Below are positions 48,470 through 58,392 of a DNA stretch of 64,000 bases, piece after piece (the first letter of the stretch is position 1; every line of letters begins with the position of its first letter). The stretch comes from Patescibacteria group bacterium (GTDB taxonomy: Bacteria; Patescibacteriota; Microgenomatia; UBA12405): contig JAHIPV010000007.1 of the NCBI GenBank assembly GCA_018902845.1, positions 6,989-70,988 of the forward strand, in the 5' to 3' direction. Made by a program: the position numbers and the translations under genes. The notes beneath the pieces were generated by a model. It saw only the letters and a list, made by a program, of their open reading frames with translations, did no database searches and was not told where the DNA came from.

Positions 48470-48749
48470 ATAAACGACTTTTTTTGAATTTGAATTTTGC
48501 CTATGCTACGCTGGCCGCGAATGGGCGGGCGGCCTGCGCTCCGAAAACCGAAAACGATTTTTCTCTGCTGGTGAGCGATTTGGAAAAAGTTCGAATCCAC
48601 CTCGGGCGGACAGGCTATTTTTTATGAATTATTAAGCTTCCTCCTTCGCCAAGGCTTCGGAAGGACGAAGTCGCTTGGGGGCGGTGACCGCATCCACCGC
48701 CCCCATAGTTTATCCTGAAATTTCTGAAGGACTCCGCCTACTGCCTTTC
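48470..48749 (+). repeat. internal inverted attP-like copy
   Basis: 48470-48574 = rc of 46917-47021 (3 mismatches in 105 bp); 48571-48749 = rc of 55417-55543 plus two inserts. Confidence 0.9.
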
Positions 48750-48803
48750 AGAAATATTGGCTTGAACTTAAAAACGCAAAAATTTTGAATGTCTTATAAT
48801 AAG

Positions 48804-49211
48804 TTATTGGTCGTTTAGTTTTTTTATAATTTTTAAAACAACAGTTTTTAAAGATCGTTTTATTTCGTGTTCCCAAATCCTAATAATTTGCCAATTTGTC
48901 TTTTTATAATGCAAGTTAACTTCTTTATCTCGTTTTTTATTTTGTTCCAGTTTCTTTTTCCAAAAAATTATTTTTGTGGAAGGGGCTCTATAATGCTTGG
49001 GGCATCCATGCCAAAAACAAGAATCTACAAAAATCACTGTTTTATATTTTGCCAAAACCAAGTCGGGGTTCCCAAAGTTTTTTTTGACATTTTTTCTGTA
49101 ACGTATTCCTTTTTTCCAAAGAGCCTTTCTTAAAACAATTTCTATTTGACTGTCTTTCTCTTTAACTTTGGACATTATTTCGCTTCTTTTCTTTTTGGAA
49201 AACTTATCCAT
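48804..49211 (-). CDS. vsr: very short patch repair endonuclease
   Basis: RSEIMSKV, G.PDL, FVDSCFWHGC, IWEHE. Confidence 0.94.
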   Translation of the reverse strand: MDKFSKKKRSEIMSKVKEKDSQIEIVLRKALWKKGIRYRKNVKKNFGNPDLVLAKYKTVIFVDSCFWHGCPKHYRAPSTKIIFWKKKLEQNKKRDKEVNLHYKKTNWQIIRIWEHEIKRSLKTVVLKIIKKLNDQ

Positions 49212-49213
49212 GT

Positions 49214-50299
49214 TTATTTTAAAAATCGTACCTGAAGATTCAATTTGATGAATTGATCTCCATCTTTTTCGTAAACAAAACCGAATCTGTGTCGACCGGT
49301 ACTGGCGGTTTCCAGTTTGGTATTATTGAAAAGATAATTTTGAAATTCGTCTCTGTTGTAAAGATGGTAGCAAACAAGTTCTCCGTTTTCTTTTACGATA
49401 ATATAACCGCCTTTCGCTTTGGTCAATCCGTCCCACTTTCCTTTCGGGGTCATACCAAGAGCAACGGCGCAAAGAAACTGTTTAATTTTATAAGAGAAAT
49501 CATTTTTGGAAAGATCGAATTTTTCTTTAAGAATCATCTTTTTATTCAAATATTCGACCAATTCGGAAACTGTTCTGCCGTTTCCTTGATAAAAAGCTTT
49601 TATGATCTCGGCCATCATTTCAGGAAATGAGGTGTCAATCATTTTCATATTTTTTTGAAATCCCATTTGGTCAGTCTTGTAAAATTCGATGTGCTTGGAT
49701 CCTTTTTCGATCTTGAGAATTCTATCTCTGACTTTTGATGCTCCCTTGATGGTGTTGATTTTGTTTTTATTGACATTTCCATTCGATATTTTGTAAACAA
49801 AATTTGTGGTACCCGAAGCGTTGAGTAAAGTAGAGGGAGAACCAAGCATTGATTTAATACTGAAACCCAAGCGAGGAGTTGTGGGAGAAATGCTGTCATG
49901 GACCATTAAAATCAAGTCTTCTTTTTTGTTGTTTCCCGCTTTTATGCGAGAACAACGTAACGGCTTCATTGTTTCCTCGGCTAAAGAAATTTGGAAAGTA
50001 CGCGAGGACGAGTTTTTCATTTCTTCAAAAATTTTCTTTACTCTTTTTTTAACAAAAGTTTTTTTTACAATTCCCAATCGTTTGTTTTTCTCGTCATAAA
50101 TTTCAATATTGTTTCGGGTTTTGGAAATATCATATATTTTTTTACCGATCTTTGGTTCGTCTCTTATAACCTTCAAGACAATGAAATATTTTTCGGCAAT
50201 TTTTTTAAGATCGGAATCGGCGGCAAACAATTTACCATCCGTCAGTATCTTAAAAAAGGTGTAAAGTTCGCTCCATTCTCCCTTATTTCCCGTCAGCAT
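49214..50299 (-). CDS. HpaII-family type II restriction endonuclease
   Basis: GNKGEWSELY, GFSIKS.LG...TLLNAS, LNLQVRF. Confidence 0.85.
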   Translation of the reverse strand: MLTGNKGEWSELYTFFKILTDGKLFAADSDLKKIAEKYFIVLKVIRDEPKIGKKIYDISKTRNNIEIYDEKNKRLGIVKKTFVKKRVKKIFEEMKNSSSRTFQISLAEETMKPLRCSRIKAGNNKKEDLILMVHDSISPTTPRLGFSIKSMLGSPSTLLNASGTTNFVYKISNGNVNKNKINTIKGASKVRDRILKIEKGSKHIEFYKTDQMGFQKNMKMIDTSFPEMMAEIIKAFYQGNGRTVSELVEYLNKKMILKEKFDLSKNDFSYKIKQFLCAVALGMTPKGKWDGLTKAKGGYIIVKENGELVCYHLYNRDEFQNYLFNNTKLETASTGRHRFGFVYEKDGDQFIKLNLQVRFLK

Positions 50300-51170
50300 A
50301 TTTGTTTAGTGAATCAGTAATTTGTTTGGCAACCGCTTTTATGGCATTTACAGCGACCGAATTACCGAGTTGCTTCATCGCTTGAGCTTCTGAAACCGGA
50401 AACTCAAAGTTTTCGGGGAGCCCCATCATTTTTCGGCCTTCTTTCGAGGTTAGCTTTCTTATTTTACCGCTAACATGATAAGAATCCCAATTACGACGAT
50501 CATTTATTCCAGAACCTCTTCCTCCGACCCTAAGAGTGTAACCAATTTTTTTATCGCACTTGTCGCCCCAAACATCAGACATGGTCATGGTCAGTTTGAC
50601 GGGTTTCGGAAACTCAAAAGGAATACTTTTGTCTTTGAAACCGACCATAAAAAGTCTGGCTCTGTGTTGAGGTAAATTGAAATCGGAGGCTCTTACAATT
50701 TTATGAAAAAAAGAATAACCCAAGTCATCTTCCAATGTTTTTTTAATGATTGAGAAGGTTCTTCCATTGTCATGTTTTAACAAGTGGCTTACATTTTCCA
50801 AAAAATACGCTTTCGGTTTTTTCGCTTTTATAATACGAGCGATGTTGTCAAACAGTGTTCCGCGCGGATCGGCGAACCCTTTTTTATATCCGGCATGACT
50901 AAACGGTTGACAGGGAAAACCTGCCGTTAAGATATCAAAATCCGGGATTTGTTTTTCTTTGACTTTTTTTATGTCTCCGGCAAAGTTTCCGTTTGTAAAA
51001 ATTTCAGGATCGATTTTGGAAAAATTTTGTTGATAAGTTTTTCTGGCATGTTTATCCCACTCGCTGACAAAAACACATTTTGCCCCAGCTGAATTGAAAG
51101 CCAAATGAAAACCGCCAATTCCGGCGAACAGGTCGATAAATGTCAGTTGGTTTTTATTTTTTGCGGTCAT
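50283..51170 (-). CDS. DNA cytosine-5 methyltransferase
   Basis: DLFAGIGG, GFPCQ, ENV, QLGNSV. Confidence 0.95.
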   Translation of the reverse strand: MTAKNKNQLTFIDLFAGIGGFHLAFNSAGAKCVFVSEWDKHARKTYQQNFSKIDPEIFTNGNFAGDIKKVKEKQIPDFDILTAGFPCQPFSHAGYKKGFADPRGTLFDNIARIIKAKKPKAYFLENVSHLLKHDNGRTFSIIKKTLEDDLGYSFFHKIVRASDFNLPQHRARLFMVGFKDKSIPFEFPKPVKLTMTMSDVWGDKCDKKIGYTLRVGGRGSGINDRRNWDSYHVSGKIRKLTSKEGRKMMGLPENFEFPVSEAQAMKQLGNSVAVNAIKAVAKQITDSLNKYADGK

Positions 51171-51507
51171 ATTCTTAGAGTTTAAACCAAAATTGTCCAA
51201 CAGTGTCAGTGGCGGTAAACCAAATGCAACATTCATTCAGTTTATTTATTATACTCAAAAAAATAATTTCTTCTCATACCAATCAAGTCGAATCGTTGTG
51301 CTATAATCAGCATAACCCAAAGAAAACCCGAAAGTAAAGACCCAAAAAACATTGTCTTGGGGCGGGTTTGAGTTTTTTGATAAAGTTATAATCCTAAAAA
51401 AATTAAAATCATGGATGTTGCAATAAAATTTAACCTGTTTCGTCATATTGTATTTTTAGTTGGAATTTATATAATTTGGTTGCTATTGATAATGGGTAGT
51501 TTTTTTT

Positions 51508-54420
51508 ATGACTAAATTAAATCTAGATGAAGTAAAAAAACAACTGGCAGAGAACCATTTGTCTGTAGACGATTTGATGGAGAAGTTCTGGCGAATGGAT
51601 TCTTATGGGACTGTGTTGACAAATCCTATATTTTTAGAGGCATTAATTGTCTTTGTTACCGTGAAAAAAGGTGATATTAATTTTTCGAAATTCGAGTTTT
51701 ATAAATATTTTTTTGACAAAATTATCGGTGGAAACTTTGGGTTAAGACAAAAGCTACAAAAGCTAGCGCTTGGGGTTGAGACAAAACAATCTAACAAACT
51801 TGAGCAAAAAGAATTTAGTAAGCTATTGTCAAAAACTGGCGTTGAGAAAAAAGAGATTGAAAAGCTTGGATTATTGAGCGTGTTAGATGATGATAAGATA
51901 GGATTTTTTCACCATACTTTGTCGGAGTTTTTGGTTGCTGAAAGTTGGATTGAAAATGATCGGGTTTTGAACGAATTAAAGAAATTGCTCATTGTAGGCA
52001 GAGGAGAAGTATTGGCGTTGTCATTTTCGTGGTTTGGGGTGATTAGGTTTTTATTGGACAGCGAGAAGGGGAAAGAGGTTTTGGGATGGATGATGAATTT
52101 GGCAAGGGCCAATCCTCAAATTATAGATGAAGGTTTTTGCGATACGATCACCTCAATTGATCCCGCTAAACTGAAACCGAAAAAGAAAGCCGAATTGTTT
52201 GCGTTGATATATCGTACTTATCGTCAAAAAAGAGTGTGGTTGCCACTGTGGACAAGGGCATCTTTGCCGAGTTTTTGCCAAAATGAAAATTACGAGGCAA
52301 TGAAGGCCCTGGTTGACGTAAAAAAAGGTACAGACACAGATAAACTGGTAAGACTAGCGACCATTGTGGATATTATAGCCAGATTGATGGAAGACAAGTC
52401 GCCGTTAATTACCAGAAAGGAAAGAGACTGGTGGAAAGAAAGATTGGTGGATTATGCCAATGATGACAATGAAAACGGAGTATTACAGAGACGAGCATTG
52501 AAGGCTTTGGCGACTTATAAAGATATTGGTTTAATTGAACGAGTTGGCGGATGTTTTGGTCATAAAGACAGTCTGGTAAGACAGGCGTTTCTTGAATTTT
52601 GTTCCGATACGGCACCAAACAGTGAGAAATCAATCAAGTGGATGGTTGAAGGAATCAAAAGAGGTGATGCCATTTATGCTCGCTATGGTTTATATAAAAT
52701 TTCATCTTTGGGTGGGATAAAAATATTACTAAAGAAATTGGTCGACGACAGTAAGTTTTTGAAAAAGTTTTTGGACAGAGAAAGCATTTTTAACAACAAG
52801 GACAGAAATGGAGATCAGTCACTTATTGAGGTAATCGAAAAATTTAAGCATGATGATAGAATTTTGAGCTTGGTGAAGGCGGTTATCAAAAAAGCCTTTA
52901 ATACCAGAGAAATATATTATCAAGAGCGGTCATATTTTCTTAAAGAATTGGCAAGGATTATGGAAAGTGTGGAAAACGATTATATTTTTCAAATTATTGA
53001 AGAAGCGATGGTAAGTGGCGAGGAAAGACCGATGTTTGTATATGACTATATTCCGCTTTTTTCTTGGTTACTTAATCAAGATAACGTTCTTAAATTTCAT
53101 AAACGCTTTAAAAAATTTGATGATAAAAGTGGAAGATTCGGGCAACAGTCAATTTATCGATCAAGATTTGAGGGTAAAGATGGGGAGAGGGCGTATAAAA
53201 AGGCAGTGAAATTGGGTATTGTGGAAAAAATCGAAGAAAATGATTGGCAAAAAGAACGAAAGAATAATGAATATGGAGAATTTAAGCGGTTATTGGGTAA
53301 TGATAAGAAAAAGAAATATTATCCGGCTGTATTTAAGTATTTTTGGCAAAGCGAGAAAGCGGTTAGAGAATTATGGCAAAAAGATGACGAGAAACGATTG
53401 AGAAGATTGGTATTGGAAGAGGGGTTGGACAAAATTGAACCGAGAAAATTTAAGTTAAAAATAGCAAGAGATTACGACGGCAAAAGATCGAACCAATACA
53501 CAATATCCAGTATCTTTTCTTATTTTGGAGATTTGATCAAAGTGGCAAGGTTGCTGAAAATTAAGATTGACCCCAGTGTTCGCCAAAAAATTATTGATTT
53601 TATCCCCTTTGCATATTCCGGCGACCGACAGATAATTTTGGATGTAGTAAAAAAGGTCAGCGATGAAGAACTTGAATGGGTTAATAGCCAGTATTTAAAT
53701 AAAAAAAGTGATGTCAGGTATTTTTTGCCTGGTGCTTATGTGTATTTTGCCAGAATAGTCAAAGAAAAAGATTGGAGGGTCAAAAGTGTGAAGGGTGTAT
53801 TGGTGTCATTTGTGACGGATGAGGATATTGCCGAACATGATCGGAAGTATGCACTAGAAACTTTAGGCAAGTATATAACCAGTGGCGATGGGAAAATTAA
53901 ACAATTACTGGAGGGTGATTTTGGTGATGAAAAGATTCAGAAGGTGGCCGACGATATTCTAATATCGGTTTTTAAAGATAGGGTGGCGATAGAGAGAAGA
54001 ATTGAAAAGATAAAAGCGTTTGCTCAAATAGCCAAAGGTTACGAAGAGCCAGAAAGCGGAATGGTTCATGCAGTGGGAGAGATTGAGGGTGAGTTGTCTG
54101 AAATGAATTTAGCAAAATCACTGTTCAGACTTGGAAGCAATGAGTATAAAGATTATTTTTTTGAATTGCTTGATTACTCGGCGGAATTATTAAATAAAGA
54201 CAGTAAGGCATATTGGCAATATGTTAATTACTTATGGAGGATAGTAGTTGGATATTTCGCTGGATTGGAGAATAAAAATTTAGATTTGATCAAGGGGCTT
54301 GAGGAGTGGTTGTATAAAAATAGAAGTGTCGATCGAATTAATTGGTTTGAGGATAAGTTGAGGATTCTTAAACGTAGTTTTGCCGATACTGTATTTGAGA
54401 AAGGGAGACGAGATGGCTAG
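51508..54420 (+). CDS. large helical-repeat protein resembling the C-terminal part of a NACHT/STAND protein
   Basis: TNPIFL and FFHHTLSEFLVA motifs, HEAT-like repeats, no Walker A seen. Confidence 0.55.
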   Translation: MTKLNLDEVKKQLAENHLSVDDLMEKFWRMDSYGTVLTNPIFLEALIVFVTVKKGDINFSKFEFYKYFFDKIIGGNFGLRQKLQKLALGVETKQSNKLEQKEFSKLLSKTGVEKKEIEKLGLLSVLDDDKIGFFHHTLSEFLVAESWIENDRVLNELKKLLIVGRGEVLALSFSWFGVIRFLLDSEKGKEVLGWMMNLARANPQIIDEGFCDTITSIDPAKLKPKKKAELFALIYRTYRQKRVWLPLWTRASLPSFCQNENYEAMKALVDVKKGTDTDKLVRLATIVDIIARLMEDKSPLITRKERDWWKERLVDYANDDNENGVLQRRALKALATYKDIGLIERVGGCFGHKDSLVRQAFLEFCSDTAPNSEKSIKWMVEGIKRGDAIYARYGLYKISSLGGIKILLKKLVDDSKFLKKFLDRESIFNNKDRNGDQSLIEVIEKFKHDDRILSLVKAVIKKAFNTREIYYQERSYFLKELARIMESVENDYIFQIIEEAMVSGEERPMFVYDYIPLFSWLLNQDNVLKFHKRFKKFDDKSGRFGQQSIYRSRFEGKDGERAYKKAVKLGIVEKIEENDWQKERKNNEYGEFKRLLGNDKKKKYYPAVFKYFWQSEKAVRELWQKDDEKRLRRLVLEEGLDKIEPRKFKLKIARDYDGKRSNQYTISSIFSYFGDLIKVARLLKIKIDPSVRQKIIDFIPFAYSGDRQIILDVVKKVSDEELEWVNSQYLNKKSDVRYFLPGAYVYFARIVKEKDWRVKSVKGVLVSFVTDEDIAEHDRKYALETLGKYITSGDGKIKQLLEGDFGDEKIQKVADDILISVFKDRVAIERRIEKIKAFAQIAKGYEEPESGMVHAVGEIEGELSEMNLAKSLFRLGSNEYKDYFFELLDYSAELLNKDSKAYWQYVNYLWRIVVGYFAGLENKNLDLIKGLEEWLYKNRSVDRINWFEDKLRILKRSFADTVFEKGRRDG

Positions 54421-55243
54421 TACTGATGTCAAAAGGTCACGATCGATAAAAGTCAAACTGCCGCTATTTGAGTGGGAAGAGAAGATGGAATGGGTTGAAA
54501 AAGGAAAAGTTCTAGATGCAAGTCAACACAAATTAAAGCTTGAGACCAGTATGCCCATAACTGATTTGATTTCCGATGTGAAAGTGAGAGGGGGAACGCC
54601 ACCCGTTTTGAGTGTAAGAAGTGGGGGTGATGTTTCAGTTTTTCAAAATTTTGAACAAAAAGAATCCAGTAGCCCCGATGTTAGACCACATGTCCTTCTT
54701 GCTGGAGAAATTGATGCGCCGTATATTGAGACCGCCGCGAAATTACTAGGCAGGATGGATACTTTAAAAAAAGTGAAATTATTTCCGATAGGTACCTGTC
54801 GACAAGGTGTTGGGAGTTTAGGTACGGGGGATAGTAATTTGTGGAAGATCAGTATGGTTGTTAATTCAATAAGCCAAACCATTTCGAGTAAATACATGGC
54901 CCTATTTGATTGTGATTATGGAAAAAATATACAAAAAATAAATGAGATAAGTTGGTCGAAGAATATTACGGTTTTTATTGCACCCCAGCTATATCACACA
55001 CCCATCAAGGACGGTATTGAAAATTTGCTAACTGAAAGGATAATCAAAAAGGCGTATTTAGATCCAGATACGCGTTTATGTTTTGTTGTGCCGAATAGTC
55101 AAAGCAAGATTCCTTGCTGTGTACGTGATGACAGAAAAAATGAGTTGTGTGAATGGGTTTGTAGGATTGGAGAACCAAGAGATTTTGTGAATTTTTATGT
55201 AATTTTTAATATGATTGAAGAGTTTTTGGAAAGTAAAAAATAA
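54413..55243 (+). CDS. protein with degenerate OLD-like TOPRIM domain
   Basis: LLAGEID..YI, LFDCD, GIENLL; ATG overlaps upstream stop. Confidence 0.45.
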   Translation: MASTDVKRSRSIKVKLPLFEWEEKMEWVEKGKVLDASQHKLKLETSMPITDLISDVKVRGGTPPVLSVRSGGDVSVFQNFEQKESSSPDVRPHVLLAGEIDAPYIETAAKLLGRMDTLKKVKLFPIGTCRQGVGSLGTGDSNLWKISMVVNSISQTISSKYMALFDCDYGKNIQKINEISWSKNITVFIAPQLYHTPIKDGIENLLTERIIKKAYLDPDTRLCFVVPNSQSKIPCCVRDDRKNELCEWVCRIGEPRDFVNFYVIFNMIEEFLESKK

Positions 55244-55561
55244 GAACTTGGTTCCGATTTGGGGAAGAGAGCGAACTCTTGGAACAGGAAATTGGGGTTG
55301 TTGAAAATTTTGAATAAATTGTTTTGGTCTCGTTTTGCGAGCGGAGCGAGCAATCCGCCGAAGGCGGGATGTTTTTGTTTTAAATTGTTTTTAAAATCGC
55401 GCATAAAAAATCTGCCGAAAGGCAGTAGGCGGAGTCCTTCAGAAATTTCAGGATAAACTATGGGGGCGGTGGATGCGGTCACCGCCCCCAAGCGGAGCCT
55501 AATAATTCATAAAAAATGTTCGAACTTTTTCCAAATCGCTCACAAATGCTTAGATATGTTC

Positions 55562-55774
55562 TTAAGTTAGGGTAAATATTAGCTTGGTTTGTCTTATAGT
55601 ATTTAGTAGCAGGTTTTTGATTTGTAACACTCCAGACCAGTTCTCCGTCATAATTTGTTTTTTCCCCTTTGGGTGATTGCTCTGTTGTTTGGTTTTTTGA
55701 GTAAGGAAAATGTTGATTAAAAATGATGGGACGAGAAGAAAGAAAGATAAAACAGGAAGAAATTTTTTGAGCAT
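55562..55774 (-). CDS. short TM-anchored ORF, possible gene remnant
   Basis: 70 aa with N-terminal hydrophobic segment just outside attR-like site. Confidence 0.35.
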   Translation of the reverse strand: MLKKFLPVLSFFLLVPSFLINIFLTQKTKQQSNHPKGKKQIMTENWSGVLQIKNLLLNTIRQTKLIFTLT

Positions 55775-55794
55775 TAATTGAAGAGTTCGTAGTG

Positions 55795-58254
55795 TTAATT
55801 AAAAACTTGATTAAGTTTATTTTTCCATTCCTTTTCAAAAAGTACTTGATAGTTAATTTTGAAATCTTTTAATTCTAGTCCTAGTTCGGTCATGTTCTTC
55901 TTAGTAGCCTGTTGATTGCATAAATTAAAAAGTTCTTGTTTATATTTTGTATCTTCGTTTTTTAAGTGCAATCCTTTAGTTTCCACCACATAGACATCTT
56001 TATCTTTGTTGTCTTTAGTGAAAATGAAATCTGGATATACTTTTTGTTTTTGCCATCCTTGAAGATAATAATTTTGTTTGGCCATGTTTCTAAACCAAAA
56101 AAACAAATTAGATTGTTCTTCCAGATACCATGCGACAGCTTTTTCCTCTTGATTTAAACTTTCTTCCGGAACATAGTCAAATAAGCTTTTTTGCATAATT
56201 AGGCTTGGTGTGGCTGTATTTATTTTTCTTTTCTTGGGAAATTTGAAGCCTAAATTTTTGAGTACGAAAAAGCGAATATTGTCTTTGTTTAATAAATCTT
56301 GAAAGATTGATTTGGCCAATCGTTGTTGTTCTTTAAAAAGCAAATTTCTGGCTTCCTCAATGATAAAAATAAAGTTGTTGATAATCATTTTTTTTGGGTA
56401 TTTATTGGTAAAGTATTTGAGTATTTTATGGCTGATATCAAAAGCCAGCCAAGGGTTGGAAACTATATCGGTGATTTGTCTAGTTAAAAAAACAGAGTCT
56501 AGTTGATAAGTTCCGTTTTTATTTTGTTCTATGGTTTTTGTTTGTAAAGAATCAATTGAGTTTTGAGTTATAGTGGCCAGCATTTCGGTGTCCTTTTTTT
56601 CTTCTTTGGAAAGATTTAGAGAATACAACGAATTGATATTGGCCGATTTCCAGTTGATTTTAGAAAGTAAATCAGCTTCATAATTTAGTCTTGACCATGT
56701 GGAGTTTTTTCTAATTGCGAATACAGGGAGAATTAAATTTTGGGCAACTGTTTTAAATTTTGGCCTGATTTTAATGATTTTTTCTTGATTGATAATGTTT
56801 ACATCAGAATCGTTGATACTGATTTGATGGGCCAAATCTGCTAAACCCTCATTACCAAAACCTCTAATGATTTGTTTGAGTAAAGAATTGGCATTTTGCT
56901 GGAAACAAAAGACATAGCTTTCGTCAAGTTCGTTTACTTTTGTTTTTTTTGCATAAGGCTGGCGAAGGATACGACCAACTAATTGAGTTAGAGCAGTTTT
57001 GGATCGAGGATTGGTTAAGATAGTTAAAACGTAAGCAAAAGGACAATCCCAACCTTCTTGAAGGGCTTGTTTAGTGATGATATATTTGACGGGACAATCG
57101 GGAGACATAAGACCGCCAATATCATCAATTTCTTTTAATTCATCTTTTTGGCTGGTTTTGATAGCGATTTGGTCAGGTTGAATATTAAGATTTTTTATTA
57201 GATATTCCTTAGCATCTTCGGAGTGAATAAAACCGCTGCCTCTTTGGTCTTTACCTGTTCTTTCAACTTGAATAAGACAGATGGGGCGGATATAGATGTT
57301 GGTGTTTTGTTGATATTCTTTGGCTTTATTTTCAAGAGCTTGCCGATGGTTTACACTACTTCTTAAAGTATCTTTCCAATCTAGGCTGGATTTGTTGATG
57401 ACATGAAGGTCAAGTTTAATCATTTCTTCACGTTTAAGATCGATACCAAAAACATTAACTAAAATATTGCTTTGTTTTGGTGGTGTGGCAGAGAGTTCGA
57501 CAATAATAGAAGGATTGAAATCGTAAATAGTTTCTTGAGCTTGACGACTATATGCCTTTTGTCCCTCATCAAGAATGACAATGGGTGAAAGTATTTTTAA
57601 TGTATTGCCTAAAGAGGTTTTAATTGATCTACCCCAAAATCCGTTTTTGGAACCAAAAGTGTCTAGGTTGGGATATTTTTCTAATAGGCTTGATTGTGCT
57701 TGAGTATTGTCTTCATCCGGAAAAAATGACTGAAAGCCACCATTGTCTTTAAATAATTTCAATACATCCTTAGTTTTTCGGTTAGCAGATGGAAGCATAA
57801 GCATCATGATGACTAAATTTTCTTTGATGTCTGACGGAGTAAATCGATCGGTTTTTTCTAAAATTATAATTTTACCACCGCTACTTATGTCTAAAAATTG
57901 TCGATAAGGGTGATCTCTATCTTTGAGGCTTCTGATGGTTTGGTTGTATATTTGAGTGGTTGGAACGATCCATAAAACTAGACCGGTTTGTTTTTTGACA
58001 AGACTGGTATTGATAAGATCAATGGTTTTAGTTGCTAAAAGAGTTTTTCCGCCACCAGTGGGAATTTTTAAACAAAAATTGGTTACATCCTGATTAAGTC
58101 CATTTTTTCTTTCTACATATTCTCCCCTGCCCCAATTTTGCCAAGCATCTAAACTGGCGTGTTTAATATTTTTTTCTTGTTGTTCTTTGTCAATGGCTCT
58201 TAAATAGCCTTTGATCGTTTCCAGTGTTTTGATTTGATAATCTTTGAGTATCAT
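55795..58254 (-). CDS. type III restriction enzyme Res subunit
   Basis: PTGGGKT, LDEGQ, EGWDCP, QLVGRILR, YPDF..VETKG. Confidence 0.92.
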   Translation of the reverse strand: MILKDYQIKTLETIKGYLRAIDKEQQEKNIKHASLDAWQNWGRGEYVERKNGLNQDVTNFCLKIPTGGGKTLLATKTIDLINTSLVKKQTGLVLWIVPTTQIYNQTIRSLKDRDHPYRQFLDISSGGKIIILEKTDRFTPSDIKENLVIMMLMLPSANRKTKDVLKLFKDNGGFQSFFPDEDNTQAQSSLLEKYPNLDTFGSKNGFWGRSIKTSLGNTLKILSPIVILDEGQKAYSRQAQETIYDFNPSIIVELSATPPKQSNILVNVFGIDLKREEMIKLDLHVINKSSLDWKDTLRSSVNHRQALENKAKEYQQNTNIYIRPICLIQVERTGKDQRGSGFIHSEDAKEYLIKNLNIQPDQIAIKTSQKDELKEIDDIGGLMSPDCPVKYIITKQALQEGWDCPFAYVLTILTNPRSKTALTQLVGRILRQPYAKKTKVNELDESYVFCFQQNANSLLKQIIRGFGNEGLADLAHQISINDSDVNIINQEKIIKIRPKFKTVAQNLILPVFAIRKNSTWSRLNYEADLLSKINWKSANINSLYSLNLSKEEKKDTEMLATITQNSIDSLQTKTIEQNKNGTYQLDSVFLTRQITDIVSNPWLAFDISHKILKYFTNKYPKKMIINNFIFIIEEARNLLFKEQQRLAKSIFQDLLNKDNIRFFVLKNLGFKFPKKRKINTATPSLIMQKSLFDYVPEESLNQEEKAVAWYLEEQSNLFFWFRNMAKQNYYLQGWQKQKVYPDFIFTKDNKDKDVYVVETKGLHLKNEDTKYKQELFNLCNQQATKKNMTELGLELKDFKINYQVLFEKEWKNKLNQVFN

Positions 58255-58316
58255 TGATATGTTATAATGTATAATAGTACTGGTTTATGTCAATTGATTT
58301 TTGTTAAAAAAAACGG

Positions 58317-58392
58317 TTGACTAAAGTAATTTAGTCCTTTGTAGTGATATTCGGCTTCATGCCGTGCTTCCGAAAGGAACTAGCTATAGGGG
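58317..58392 (-). ncRNA. candidate structured RNA/ssDNA motif 3' of DUF3800 gene
   Basis: hairpins TTCC-TTTC-GGAA, CGGC-ATGAA-GCCG, GACTAAA-TTAC-TTTAGTC. Confidence 0.55.

Larger units (their letters stand above)
46917..55543. mobile_element. ~8.6-kb integrative defence island at tRNA-Glu 3' end
   Basis: recombinase at left end; att-like arms 46917-47021 and 55417-55543 share a TCAC core and recur joined, inverted, at 48470-48749. Confidence 0.75.
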
